From Podarcis erhardii (lineage: Eukaryota), in assembly GCA_964252035.1 (NCBI GenBank), contig OZ176210.1: 64,000 nt of DNA; one strand, written 5' to 3'. Positions 26,216 through 40,284 of this stretch are shown in pieces. Under the pieces are notes generated by a model. The model did no database searches and had not been told where the DNA came from. It saw only the letters and a list, made by a program, of their open reading frames with translations. Every line of letters begins with the position of its first letter. Position 1 is the first letter of the stretch. The position numbers and the translations under genes were made by a program.

Positions 26216-29153
26216 CTCTAAGAGACTGGTCTAGGATAGCATTATAAAATTGATGATCACTGTTTATCTGTTAGTTTACCAAACACTAACTGGTTTGCCT
26301 GGCCATAAACTTTACAAGATTCTAGTGGAGGTTGTTTACATGTAAAAAAAAAATAAAGGCTCTTGCATGTATCCTTCATCATTAGAATTCAATATGCAAA
26401 AGTACTCCACATGTAGTTCTCAGGGGCCAAATTGAGATTGGGAAATGACTGGGCTATCTCAAGACACCTTGCAGTAGGCTCCTTCCAACACTTCAGCACA
26501 GCTTGCTCATGGCTGGACCTGACACCTGCATGCTGTCCCACTAAAACACACTTTACAATGTTGGAGTAGCAGGACAGTGGCAATGGTGGCAGCTGCATAC
26601 ATTTTGGAGCAGAGCAACACATGCACACTTGCTGGAATGCATCGCCTGGCTACCTCTATCTATTCACTTGCCCAGGGGCCTTTCCCAGTGCTACTGCCAG
26701 TGTTGAATGAGAGAATGTGACTAGGCCAAGAGGACAAGGCAGGCTAGGCCAGCGACAAGCACAGACTCAGGCAGGTGAGAATGTCCTTAGGGCTTGGGAG
26801 AACAGCTCAGGGACTCCCCATGCTTCCCACAGGCATTAGTTGCCTGGGGCAACTTTCCAATTCTGTCTAATGATAGGACTGGCTCTGTGAGCACACAAAA
26901 CCCGCCTAATGGCAAGGGATATCAGTGACTAATCCCTTCAGCAGGTAATTTCCGCAGTTAAAACTGCACTGCTGTTTTGGATTTCTGTTGGGTGTGATCA
27001 AGGCAACCTGTTCCTGCCTACTGCAGTTGAGAACGTTGGGCATGTATGAAAATAAACCATGCTGTATGTTCAGGAACATTTGCCATTGTAATGTTGAACC
27101 ATCAGGCAGGGTAATATATTACCTCTTAGGAAAATAACGTGTTTTTCCATCACATATAACATCATTAAATCCCCAGTCACTCCTTATCTGGCTATAGGTA
27201 TGCCAAATCTTGGTATCACAGGTTTTAGATCTTGAAGAACTTTTCTTGTTCAACATACCTTTTGTTTATAAAATGTGACTTCCTTTCATAAAATATCAGG
27301 GTGGTGTGCAGTATGTATACAGTATAATGTAAAAACATAGGCAGAAACTGCTTTCCTCTTTATTTGAGGCGGCCTGGAATAAACCACTTTTTGTACCTTG
27401 TTAACATTTGTCATGTTCCTGAAAAACAAATTTGTTGAACCTCTAATAATGAGAATGGAATAGTATTACCTTCTGTGAACCAAACAGGTATTCTTGCTCC
27501 CTTAACTCTACGGACTGGATTGTTGTCCTTCCATTTTCCCACAGGTTTTTTTCCAAGTTCTTTTATTCCGATGTATCAGCAAATTTTAAACAAATGATTG
27601 ACTCATTCTGAGTTATAGGTATGTTTTTTTCCTGATTGTAAAACATTTCGGACTATCAGAAAGAGAATGCATCCTTTTATTCCAGTAGGAGGTATAAGTA
27701 ACTTGAAAGAGCTAAGCCGGGTTGTACACCTGTGCTATTTTTTGATGACTATTTGCATTAACTGCAAGAAAAACATGCAAAGTATTGCAAATTTTTCTTG
27801 TTGACAGCACAGTAAGTCTCATGTTCTGCAATCTAAGGCTACTTCATGTAATTTGACAAGATAAACACTTAACACACTCCTCATTTTGTGTTTTCTACAG
27901 TTTGTTCATCTGTTGATTTTATCTATATAGTCTTACTATTCCCTCTTGGTGTTGTTTTTTCTAATCTGTTGATGTTATCAGTAATCTTTTAAGATTATTT
28001 TATGTAAATCACTTAGAGGCCTTTTTATTATTAAACAGTGTATAGTCTGGTTAAATAAACAAGAATTAAGCAGAAGATCCTGAGCCCAAGTGGCCCAAAG
28101 GAGGACCTGCGTGGCTTGACGGTTCAGGGCAGTAACTGCATAATCCAAAGGTCATGGAGGTGCCCCTTTAGTTAAGGTGTGTTGCAACAACAACAGAAGT
28201 TACACCATTTAAAGCCTAAAATTCTATATCTTACAAAATGATGCCTGTTGAGCTTATATCTTGAAAATTCATCAAAATAATCTGCCTGATTAGGTCTTAT
28301 TAACGTCATTAAATTTCAAATTGAGCAAATTACCACAGGTTCAGCAAGTTTAAAAGGTCTAAAAATTGACATGTTGATCTTTTTCATTGCTGTTTATACT
28401 GGCTGATATAGTATATATTTCTTTCCCATTTTGGTGGAAACTACTGATGTACAGTACTTCCTTCAGGGTCGTCAAGGAATATACACTTTCATTAGTTTGG
28501 TGAAGTTCTGAGCTCAAAGTTACTAAGGGCATGTTTGCATTAACATCTCAGAGAGCAGTGAAATGGGTTTCCTATCCCCCCAGTTTGCTTCACAGGGCTC
28601 CCCCCTCCTGCTATTCAAATAAGCCTGGCATTACTAACGTCAGATGCATTTCTGTTTATGACTTGAGTTTGTTGTTTAACGTTCTTTGAAATTTCTGCTT
28701 TGCTAGGTATGGAAAAAGAGGACCTTTCTAAATCCTCTTTCTTTGCTTCACTTCATTCTGTCAGTCTCTGATGTATGATTCGCAAGCTGCCTTCTTGCTG
28801 AAGCCTTGCAGACTTGATAGTTCTAGCAGTATACTGATTTTTCTCAGTCCCTAATCAATGCTGAACTTTAAGTCAAGTGATTAGTGCCAGTCTTGAGAAA
28901 GGAAATAAGTTTGCCAATTAAATGTTAAAGTTTTGCTTGAGATGGGTATTGTCTAGCCAGAATTAAGAAGCAGATGTTCAGAGAAAATATTTGTGGTGCA
29001 TGGAGAAATCACCAAAGGAATATCTTTAGGAAAACAAGGCTTACTGTGGTTTAGAATTCTTTTTTAGAAAACAAATCCTTCAGTAATTTCCCACACTAAC
29101 TATGAGTAAAGGAATTAGTAAATGACTAGGTGAAGTTTGTTAACTATTTAGTA

Positions 29154-29365
29154 CAGTGGTACCTCAGGTTACATACACTTCAGGTTACAGACGCTTCAGG
29201 TTACAGACTCCACTAACCCAGAAATAGTACCTCGGGTTAAGAACTTTGCTTCAGGATGAATAGAAATTGTGCCCATTAGCTAAAGTGGTGCTTCAGGATA
29301 AGAACAGTTTTAGGTTAAGAACGGACCTCTGGAACAGATTAAGTACTTAACCCGAGGTACCACTG
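29154..29365. mobile_element. Tc1/mariner-type MITE
   Basis: TA|cagtggtacctcaggtta ... taacccgaggtaccactg|TA. Confidence 0.85.
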
Positions 29366-30020
29366 TATTGGGTTCTCTTCTCCCTTTTCTTGTGGGAAAT
29401 GTGTTTTATGCAGTTGCTTCCAGTACTCTTATGTGGTTAAAAAAATTATATCTTATTTACAGTACTTAGAAATTGCTTTTCACAGGAGCTCAAATCAGGT
29501 AATGTAAAATCAGCAAAGCAGAAACCGCCCTCAACATAATTAAAATGTAATATTGGGAACCAAAGGCAACAATTAATTGTGGCATTTCCAGCTGAGATGT
29601 CCAATGCATCATTTCCCTCTGTCTTGTGGGATGATTGTCATTTTTTGCAGCCTGAATGATGTGGACAGGATAGGTGTAGCTTTGGATCCAACCACATGCT
29701 CTCTGGATCCCTGCCCATCTTAGCTGTGTGGCTAGTTGGGTTCTGGGTGTGGTAAGTTTATTCACATTGAGAAGGCATTTTATTTTACTGTTATTAGTTT
29801 ATTGAGTTTGTATACCATCCTCATTCGAAGATCTCAGGGTGGTTCACAATGTAAAATTACAAAATAAAAACACAACATGCATCATAAAAACAAGAACAAA
29901 ACAAACCCATAGCCCTGCCTCCCACAAACACATTTAAATTGACGTAGAATGTTGATCGTGGTTCCTGCCATCTTGGAGGAAGCAGCTGTGTGTCTATTCT
30001 GTAAAAGCTTTGGATCTGCT

Positions 30021-30188
30021 CAGTGGCGTAGTGTGGGTTGTCAGCACCCGGGGCAAGGCAAGTAATTTGCGCCCCCTAACCCGTGGATTTGCGCCCCCTA
30101 ACCCGTGGATTTGCCCCCCTAACCCTAACCCCCAGATGTTGCGCCCGGTGCGGCCGGCCCCCCCTGCACCCCCCACGCTACGCCACTG
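30021..30188. mobile_element. hAT MITE with internal 22-bp repeats and telomere-like CCCTAA
   Basis: TIR CAGTGGCGTAG(T/C)GTGGG. 8-bp TSD gatctgct at 30013-30020 and 30189-30196. Confidence 0.88.
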
Positions 30189-32198
30189 GATCTGCTAGCA
30201 TGTAACAAGTACTGTCCAGTTGCTAATACTCAAGTTTGGGATAAGGTGGTAATGAGGGTCATGGTGGTAAAACTATTGATGTTTCTTGAACCTGACCGTG
30301 CCTAGTGTTTCTGATTACAATTCTATGATTCTATTCCTTTAAGAAAGGCAGAGTTGGAAGGGACCAAGAGGACCATCTAGTGCAGCTCAGGAATATTTTG
30401 CCCAACATGGGGTAAATAGTTTGTCCCAACCGTGAACTCAAGAGTCTCATGCCCAACTGAGCTATCCCTCAGGACTTTCTAACAGACTGAGCAGGTGCAG
30501 TAAGGATTTAGAAACACGCCGATAACACAGGAATCTGCTTGGTTCCGCAGATTCTCCTTTTGGGCTGTAAAGTTTCCATTTTACTTGCTGCATTTGAAGC
30601 TCCTTTTCAAGTTGTGCTACCATGTTTCCTTTCCAACCTAATTTCCCCCATTTAAAGAGTCAATTAACTCATTTTATATGTATGTGAAAGTAAGCAATGT
30701 GTCTTCCCATACCATAGGTGTATGTGGATATACAAGCCATTGTGGTTCCCCCAAAAGAAGGAATTGCTTGGATGGAGAGCAGAGGTAGATACTGTTTGAG
30801 CATTTTTCTTGTTTTTATCTTGATGTCCAGATGATAAATTTAGGATTGCACTCTTAGGGGGCCTGTAACAAGGCATAGTACCGAGGGCAGTTTCTAAAGC
30901 ATGTTCAGTCCTAGCTGATTGCTAGATGAGTTAAACCTTTTTTTAAAAAACCTTTATAAATTATTATTATTATTATTATTTTATTAATGTTTATAGAGTT
31001 ATAACCATTCTTATAGTAGCAGACTCTCCTGAGCCTGCAAACAGCACTGCAAACATTTTGCAACTTTACAGGGATAAATAATAGTTCATTCCTTTTACTT
31101 TTTGATGTTCTTCTACCCATGCCTAGAGCAGTGACACATAAACTGGAATATCTAACTTTTGAAATTTATAATCCTGTGAGAAGTACAGTTTGTTCAATTC
31201 TCAACTTACTGTTTAAGCAGTGACTAAGATAACATTTAGAATTTATTCAGTTTATGACTACTCTCTGATTGTAGGATGTCCAATTCTACAGGAAGTTCAA
31301 CTGGACTAGAACAGGATTCTTTTAATGTCATTGAATCCAAACCATTTAATAAGTTTTGACTAATGTGTGCACCCACCCAAAGTGTAATTAATCACAGAAA
31401 CCTAAGGCAAATATCTAGTGTGTTTATACACTTATAGGCTTCTAAAGGCTTTAGCCAGCCACCTCTGTTGTACGGGGAGCAGTTGACAGAATCTTTGTCC
31501 TTTGCTTTTAGGTCTAAGTTCTTTCTATTAAATAATAATAGTTTTTATTAAATATGTTCTTTGTTTACAAAAGTGCGTGCATTGTCTCTTTTTTCAGGTT
31601 GTGTTTTCTACAGACCAGTTACATTTGTTATAAAACATAAGTGTTGCATGCAGTATACCAAGCACGCCCAAGGCCCACCCCCAACCTCTCTCAATAAGGA
31701 AATAAAACAAGCAAATAGAAAGAAAACCTACCCAACTGATGTTCACTCTAACCCTGCTCCACCAGAGTGAAAGAATATAAACTTTTAAGGCTACCTTCTA
31801 CTGTCAAGCAGGCTGTGAAGATAAACACCGGTAGCAAAACTGAGAAGGGAGATATCATTTCTGTGCACTGCAAAGTGCCTCTTATAGCTGTTGTGGGGGA
31901 GAGGGGAGCTTTCAACAACAAATTTAACAGCTCCAAAAGTTTGACCTGAAGACCAGCATTACACATAACACAGTTAGTAATGCTGTGTTCTCTCGCCTTT
32001 TGTTGTGGGTAGGATTGCAAAGTTCCTCATTGCCCAGTCACCAATGTAGGAAGGGAATATGGGTACGTGGGTGCATAATTTTTGAGTAAGCAAAGGATTG
32101 TATGGCTCTTCTGCTGTAAACTGCTGTTGCCTTAAATGTGTCAATAGCCACATAAGGGCAGCATGTTCCTTATGGTTGCTCCTACCATGTTCCAAGTA

Positions 32199-32453
32199 CA
32201 GTCATACCTCAGGCTGAATGTGCTTCAGGTTGAGTGCTTTCGGGTTGCACTCCGCGGCAACCTCGGAAGTAACAGAGCGCATTACTTCCGGGTTTCACCG
32301 CACATGCAGACGCTCAAAATGATGTCGCACGCATGCGCAGAAGCAGCAAAACGTGACCCGCGCCCACACAGACGTGCCATCGCGTTTTACATTCCATTCA
32401 GGATGCAAACGGGGCTCCGGAACGGATCCCGTTCACATCCCGAGGTACCACTG
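32199..32453. mobile_element. Tc1/mariner-type MITE
   Basis: TA|cagtcatacctc ... cgaggtaccactg|TA. The interior is CpG-rich. Confidence 0.8.
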
Positions 32454-32599
32454 TACTTGTATGAGTTGAAGCCTTTCTGACGTTATTAGAGTGGCTTACA
32501 AAAATCAGTATCAAAGGTAGTCTCTGTTCTCATGCTGACAATCTAAAATGACATGACACATGAAAAAGGAATGGGAGGGAGAATGATATATTTAAGTAA

Positions 32600-32953
32600 A
32601 ACAGTTTAAATGTATATTATGTGATAAGATGATAGCACTATGTTCGGGAAAAGGACAATAGGGATTTTGAAAAAGAGTGGGAACCTTTTATATTATACTT
32701 GCAGAAACAAAGAAATAATATTGACCTGATGGTAGGATTTAAATAAACATTCACAACTTTATGGATAGGGAACAAATGATGTAAAAGGAAAAATATGATA
32801 TTTGTAGAAAATAGAAGACTATGCTAATGAGGTTAATAAATCAGAAATGGAAGTTGAGGGAAGTCCAAAAGGGGGGAGGCAGAGATGTTATGTAAGTTGT
32901 ATGTTATAAGTATATTTGTCATGAGAGAAAAGAAAATTAATTTTTTTAAAAGA
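32600..32953 (+). mobile_element. L1-clade LINE 3' fragment
   Basis: Frame REKDNRDFEKEWEPFILYLQKQRNNIDLMVGFK* resembles the F-x-K-x-W-x-P-F-x-x-Y C-terminus of non-mammalian L1 ORF2. It is followed by an A-rich 3' UTR-like tract. Confidence 0.55.
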
Positions 32954-33502
32954 AAGATGATTGCAGTATGAAATGAATTATATTCAACTGCACATCATAA
33001 TGTGAATTGCATTTTAAAAAACTAGCATGTGAAACAAACTGGACTAGTTGGTTCTGGTTTATCAGACCAGACACAGCTGAAAAAATGGCAAATAATTCTT
33101 TAAAAGGAAAAACAAAGCCTAGAAACTACTGAACCAAGCAAATGCCTGCCAATATTAGTCTTGTAGCCCTTATGAGAAGCACTCAGATATGGGTTCTAAT
33201 GTGTTTTGGTCTACAAATATAAACAATGGTATGAGGACTAGCAATAAAACACAGCTTTAATCTACAGAGTGACACTGTGTATAGCAGTTTCAAGCCTTCC
33301 TCTGCTGTAAAAAGCCCATGTGACCTTAGGACATCTCCGCAAGTTATTTTTAAAATATTAGTAACCCATAGAAAAGAATGGTTATGTCTCTAAATTATCA
33401 ACCACTATGGCAAGCTGTTTCTTATGTTTAAGGCCTGTTGTTGCGAAGCCTAGTACCCACTGTTGTTAAAGAATCATGGTTTTAATTGCTTGAACTGAAG
33501 TA

Positions 33503-34250
33503 CAGTGGTACCTTGGTTCCCAAAGTTAATCCGTTCCGAAAGTCTGTTCCAAAACCAAAGCGTTCTAAAAACCAAGGTGTGCTTTCCCATAGAAAGTAAT
33601 GCAAAATGGATCAATCCATTCCAGACTTTTAAAAACAACTCCTAAAACAGCAATTTAACATGAATTTTATTTTAAGAGATCATTGGTCCATAAAATGAAA
33701 GCAATAATCAGTGTACTGTACTATAAGAAAGACAGTATTGTAGATGATAAAAATTAAAATTATTATTTTTTCTTACGTGCACTGATGATAGTCATTGATT
33801 GGGTGGGGGGCTTTTATCCATTTCTGCAGTCACACAATCAATCAGTAGCTGAACTGGGTTCCACACAGTCACAAAAACGAAGTCACAAGCCACAGTCAAA
33901 ATAACGAAGTCACAAGCCACAGTCACAAGTCAGTCCCATAAAACGAAGAACAAGTCTCAGTCAAAAAAATGAAAAAGCCACAAAAACGCAAAAAATAGCA
34001 AAAACAAAAGCTCCAAATATCACCTCTCTGTTCCGTGGGAGCTCGGGACTCAACAGCCGACAGACTCAACAGGAAGCCTCTTATTAACAGCGGGGGACTC
34101 AGTTTACAAACTGAATACACTCAGCAGGAAATGGAACATGTTCAGCTTCCAAGGCAAAGTTCACAAACTGGAACACCTACGTCCAGGTTTGCAGTTTTCT
34201 ATTTCCAAATTGTTCATAAACTAAGCTGTTCTAAAACCAAGGTACCACTG
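33503..34250. mobile_element. Tc1/mariner-type non-autonomous element, 748 bp
   Basis: TA|cagtggtaccttggtt ... aaccaaggtaccactg|TA (16-bp perfect TIR). Internal short tandem duplications (acgaagtcacaagccacagtca x2). No transposase ORF. Confidence 0.85.
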
Positions 34251-34615
34251 TAATAAATCATTGCACAGCAAATGCTACACTAGCTGATACAGAGAAATGT
34301 ATTCCCTCAGGTTCTAGAAATCTATAATCCATCCATCTGCTTGCTATGATGACTGTTGGAGTCAATATAAATATGTGTACACAAAATTATGGCCACGCTT
34401 ATATTTTTACTAATGCACATTTTTGGAAATGTCATAATTGCACAGGAGTGAAACATTTTATTGTGTTAACCTTAACTACAGTACTTAAACACACTGCTTT
34501 ATGTTGTAGTAGCCAAGAAAGGAACACAATGATTTGATTTTTAACAACCTTGATTTGAAATAACTAGCCAGATTGTTTGTGTCAGGGAGTCCCAACAAGT
34601 TTTGTTTTGTAATTC

Positions 34616-34669
34616 CTTAGTTCCAATAAGGTTATTAAAGTACTTAGTTCCAATAAGGTTATTAAAATA
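34616..34669. repeat. 27-bp tandem duplication
   Basis: cttagttccaataaggttattaaa(g/a)ta x2. Confidence 0.85.
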
Positions 34670-35825
34670 CAATACTTGGTATTGGGTGGTTTTTTGGGGG
34701 GGGAGGGGTGCAATTTAATAATGTAATCCTATTCATGTCTCAGAAGTAAGCTCTATTTAGTTCAGTGCTGCTTCCTTCCTGGAATGAGTGTACAGCATTG
34801 TATTATAAAACCATATTTTGAAACAGTAGGCAATTTTATTTCCATAAAAAAATATATTCTTGCTGTTCTGTTTTTGGAGGCTGGGGGGAGGAAGCACTGT
34901 GTTTTATTATTAAGCCTCTTGCACACAAAACCCAGTATATCACTATGTGTTGATTTTCCTTGTGGTCTTATCATTGGATTCATTCAGCATTACATTAAAC
35001 TACTTGTTTCCAAACTTTAAAAAGGTTAAGTCGCATTTAATTCTAGATGTTTACATGCTTATAACCTCTGAAATGAAGCCTTGGTTAGGACTCTTCCCTA
35101 GTGCTTCAGCATTGCCAGTCATCGTACACATACCAGAATTAAGTACATGCAAGAACAATGAATGTCATTAATTTTAAAGAAGAAGAAAATAAGCTTCTCT
35201 CTGAGTATTTATAAATACTCATATTTAAGCTTTGTTTATCTTAAAAATGGATTTTATCTTCTGTTGTTGTTTAATTTATATTCTGAACTAATTTTTGTAA
35301 AAACAGCAGGAGGACTCCAAACTATGGGTGATTTTATTTCATAGATGATTTTTAAAGGCTAGAGGTAAATGACAATATGCATGCAAAACAAAAGAACCTG
35401 CAAGGTACTTTTATTACCCATTCTAGGAACAAGACTTGAGATGTTACAGCTCTTTCCATTTACTCACATTTAATGCAATATTCAGTATCTGGAGAACTGC
35501 ATCAATAAATCTGTATTTAAGATCTGTCAAGGTTTCACTTTATTGTGCACTTTGTCTTTTAGTGAAGCTTTTACTGCCTGTGTATCTTCAGCCCTCTGTA
35601 TGTTGAGCCTGAGCCTGATCCCCCCACAGTAATTTCCTTGTGCATGTGGTTGTAACCAATTTAACCATGCAAATCCCCAAGGTTTAAAGCTTTTGTTTCT
35701 TAATTACATTAACAGGCTTTTGACAGCTCAACTGTTTAGATACTCACCGAGTTAAATGGGCTTGAACTTTGACTCAGTTGCGTATAGAATTTCAATCTTA
35801 ACTTCAGCCCAGTTATGCTTTAAAG

Positions 35826-35961
35826 CAGTGTTTCCCAACCTTTGGTCTCCAGCTGTTTTTGGACTACAACTCCCATCATCCCTAGCTAGCAAGACCAAAG
35901 GTTAGGAATGTTTGGAATTGTAGTCCAAAAACAGCTGGAGACCAAAGGTTGGGAAACACTG
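35826..35961. mobile_element. Palindromic hAT MITE
   Basis: 44-bp perfect inverted arms starting cagtgtttcccaacc. 8-bp TSD ctttaaag on both sides. Confidence 0.9.
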
Positions 35962-36738
35962 CTTTAAAGTGAACTGGTTATGCTCACCCACTTCATCATG
36001 AGCACCTCAAATTCAAAAAGTGGTGGTTTCCAAGTTACAACACCTTTAAAACGAAACAATAATCTGGAACTCACATGCGAGTTAAATACCTTTTTCTGTG
36101 TAGCAGTACAGAGAGCATGGTTCACCAAGGGTACCAGTCCTATCACCCTCTTGTACCCCTCCTGTGGATACACATGCCACCAGGCTTGGTTTTTATTGGT
36201 TGATTCATACTGATCAAATAGCAAGATGTTCCTTACCTTGCAGCATCAATTTTAGCTTTATGTTTAAGTGAGGAAACCCTTGTGGTGTGGCCATTAATGC
36301 GTTTACCCCAGCAAGAATCCTAACACAAAATCTTTCTGCCAAGAAATAACCTTTCATAACAATCTATATACAGTATCTCTGTTGTCCTGTTCCCCTCAGT
36401 ACATATACTGTAGGACAGCTCAGGGTTTTCTATTGTTTTTGTTTTGTTATGAACCTTGAAACTGAATGGAAAATTTATATTTGATTAAAAATTTATTAAG
36501 GATGTGTGCCGATTTGTTTTTACTGTTAGATACCCTTCTGTGTGAGGACAACATTGTGGCTTTCATCTTGCATCTATAGATAGATCGAAAGGGAAATAAG
36601 TTGCATTCAGGCTGAAGTGAAGCCTTTGATGTCACGGGACGGCTGCCATTCCAGTTTTGAAAAAACAAAACTAAGATTGAGACTTCCTATAGAAGGCAGT
36701 TCTCGTAAGGCACTTTTACTCAGCATAAAGATCTATCC

Positions 36739-36866
36739 CAGGCTTTCCCAAACTTGGGTCTCCAGCTGTTCTTGGACTACAGTTCCCATCATCCCTAGCT
36801 AGCAGGTGATGGATGATGGAACCTATAGTCCCAAAACAGCTGGAGACCCAACTTTGGGAAACCCTG
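36739..36866. mobile_element. Palindromic hAT MITE, related family
   Basis: caggctttcccaaacttgggtctccagctg ... cagctggagacccaactttgggaaaccctg. 8-bp TSD atctatcc at 36731-36738 and 36867-36874. Confidence 0.88.
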
Positions 36867-38193
36867 ATCTATCCAAACAAGTTGGATCTAGGGGCAGATG
36901 CACACCCTTGAAGTACAGGTGTAAGGAAGCTGTGGTTCTCCATTTACTCGCATCTTAGTTCCCATCATTCCTAACCAGCATGGTCAGTAGGCAGAGTTGT
37001 AGTTGAGGAACATCTGGATGTCAGCAGGTTCCTCACCAATCCTGTAATAGATCAAGGAGAGTTCAGAACCAGAGCACTACATATCTCAGGAACACTTTGG
37101 ATCTCTTCCTAACAAGGTGCCATCTTGTTTCATGATCACATTGTCTCTTTTCTTACCTCTCACTCAATTATGTATATTTGGGTCATGAGTGGCTAGCTTT
37201 CAGTTTGCCCCAATTAGGACTGTTCAACACAATGTGTGATGTTACAGTGGCTCCAGGTTGCATTACAGCTATAGTATAGTAACACTTGCTTAGAAAAGAA
37301 ATTAGTGTAACTATGTGGAGCACTCAAGGCAGGCAACAGTAAAATGCATAGGTCATGAAAAAAGAAACTGGTGGAAGGTTTCTTTTTCCGTTGAGGATCT
37401 TTCTGAACTTCTTACCAAATGCATATTAGATGTTGACGGAACAGAAGATCTCAAAACATGGGCCAATTAAGCGAACTGTTAATGGCATTTTACAAACTAT
37501 AACCAGCACTGTGAATAGCACCTGGGGATGTATTGGCCACCAGTATAACTGCTGTAACCTTGGAGGTGTGCGCTCCCTGTCACCAGCCACATTCAGCAGC
37601 TAGTTCGCAGTGTTCTGAAGCAGCTGACATTTCTGAACACTATTCAAAGGCAGCCTGTTGAACATGAGCATGTTGCACTAATCTGACCCTGAAGGAACTA
37701 AGACACATGTTAGGATGGGCAGATCTGACACATATTTGGCACATCAGCCTCAGCTATGCAGAGATGTTCCTGAGTGCAAATCCATCTAAAATGGGTTGTG
37801 CCTCTGTTTCCTGAAGTGCCTTCTACCAACCAGAAACATGTCTATATTGTTTGGATTCGGCTTCAGTTTAATTGTTCTCATTCCAGTCCAGTACTGACAC
37901 AAGGCATGGATTCAGGACATCAGTAGCAAATTTGGATTAAGATGGAAAGGAGAGTTATAGTTTTGTGTCATGTGCATATTAGTAGTACAGAACTCCAATA
38001 CTTTGGGCAAGCTCAGACCAGTGGTTTCTTGTACACGTGAAATAGTATTTTAAACCAGTAACACAGAATAGCTTCATAGGTGGTTATTGGAGGAGAAGTG
38101 ATACATTAGCATTTGGTTTTTAGACAGCCAAGAACTAATCAACATAGCCACATCCTAGACCTCGTCACATAATAGAAAAGCAAAGAGAGTGTA

Positions 38194-38468
38194 CAGTGGT
38201 GCCTTGCAAGACAAAAATAATCCGTTCCGCAAGTCTCTTCGTCTAGTGGTTTTTTCGTCTTGCGAAGCATCCCTATTAGCGGCTTAGCGGCTATTAGCGG
38301 CTAAGCGGCTATTAGCGGCTTAGTGGCTTAGAAAAAAGGGGGGGGGAAGGGAAAAAACTTGCAAGCCCATAGGGAAATTTGTCTTGCGAAGCGCTTCAAA
38401 AAACGGAAAACCCTTTCGTCTAGCGGGTTTTTCGTCTTGCGAGGCATTCGTCTTGCGGGGCACCACTG
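38194..38468. mobile_element. Tc1/mariner-type MITE, same family as 25488-25794
   Basis: Same TIRs, TA TSD and internal sequence, with fewer TAGCGGCT units. Confidence 0.88.
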
Positions 38469-40216
38469 TATGTTGACTTCTTTGAGTATGATGGAAAAAT
38501 ATAATTGTCCCATAATGTTATTCTACTTAAGAGTTTAGAATGAGCCTCACCATTGACAACATATGAAAATGTAAACCCAACAGGGGACAGTGATATGTAG
38601 GATCAGGTACTAGGAAATATGGACAGCTGCGGCATATGACAGACTCACCTCAAAAGTCTGACTCATGAGTAATTCCCATTGAAATTAGTAATTGCCTTAT
38701 ATGAAGTCTGTTTGCCTGATACAAGTTTACCTGAAAAAAGTTTGAAAATGCTTTATTCAGCCAAAACTTTAGAGCTGAGGCACAATTATGACTATAATTT
38801 AGTTCAGAAGTCTTGGGAGTAATTATACTACTGGCAGAATGAAAAATGTCTGCAAGTGGAGAAATTATAGAACACAATTTTCTTTTTCCTATTTGAGCAG
38901 AGGTTCATTAAAATACAGCATTTTATCAGAAAGGAGGAAAGAATAAACTGAATAATAGATTATAATGCAAGCTTTGCCCTTATTTTGGAAGTCCAGGTTA
39001 TTGCAAATGTATGAGTCAAATATTTCTATTCTCCAATTTATTTAAAAATATTCAATATTTTGCAGGAATCTCAGTGCCACAGAAATATTAAAATTGTGTG
39101 TAAATTCTTCAGAAAAGTTCAAAAGTATTCAGTGCTAGTCATACTCATTGTACACCAATTTAAATTAATTAGTATGTTCAACTTCAGTTCATTAACTTCA
39201 GTGTATCTATTCTGAGTAGAATTTAGTTGGATATAATCCTCAGTTGGCAAACGTAATCTCCTCTTCTTCTTTTAAACAGTCTGCAGGCGTGTATTTCTTA
39301 CTTGGGTCCACTTCTGCTGTATTCAATCCTTGGCACACAAAACAGAGAAGTGACTGTTCTGGTTTGAAGCATTCACATAAGTGGCATATTGGGCATGTTG
39401 CCATGTTGCCACAGTCTTTCTGATTCTCTGTTCTCTTCCTGTTCCCACCCCTTTCTCTTCATACTAGACTCAACCGCCTAATGGCGCAACTTGTTCTTGG
39501 CTGAAGCCGTTGCCTTAATAATAGACGGAATGTCATTGTTTCATTTTAAAATGATAAACAGTCTTTTGAGAGAAGATTAAGCACTGAAACTGATTTATAT
39601 GATTTACATTGCCCTTTTTCATGGCTGTGAAGCCTAGCATTTGGGTCATACTTGACTTGATAGTCCATCCTTTATATTCTTTCTGATGCAATGACATAGA
39701 CACGCATGCCAAAACAGTGAGCCATCATCAAGCCACCATTTCCGTCCCATAAATTTGGAGTACTGCAGTGGGGCAGGGTGGATGGAAAAAGTATATTTCA
39801 GCAATTGTTCAGGTGACAGAAGTTCAGAGTGAGGAGTAGAATTCTAATTAATAATTCAGTTTTGCAAATAATTTAGCTTTTTCAGGATGGAAGAACCACT
39901 ATAGGAAAAATCATATTGCGCTATGTTTAGCTAAATCATTGAGCTAGCAGAAGTTAGTGCAGCTTATTCCCAGTAGTGCAATGGGACTACAATGCCCTCC
40001 CCAAATCCCTCTGGAAGGGATTTGGGTTGGGAGAAACCCTAGAACCTTGTTCAGGGGAAGGAAAGGAGAAATTGTTCCATCGGGCAAGCAGAAATGTTTG
40101 CACTGATAGAACAGTGTTCTCAGCACTATGAATATAAACCACAAAGTTTTTGTTTGGGTGAGTGTTTCAACACCAGAGTTGGATTAAAGTTAGGCTTTTT
40201 CAGATTGGTGCATTTC

Positions 40217-40238
40217 TGTCTCTCTCTCTCTGTCTCTC

Positions 40239-40270
<32 letters not shown>

Positions 40271-40284
40271 CCCCCCCCCCCCCC
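40217..40284. repeat. (CT)n microsatellite plus poly-C
   Basis: Interrupted CT run ending in a C homopolymer. Confidence 0.9.
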
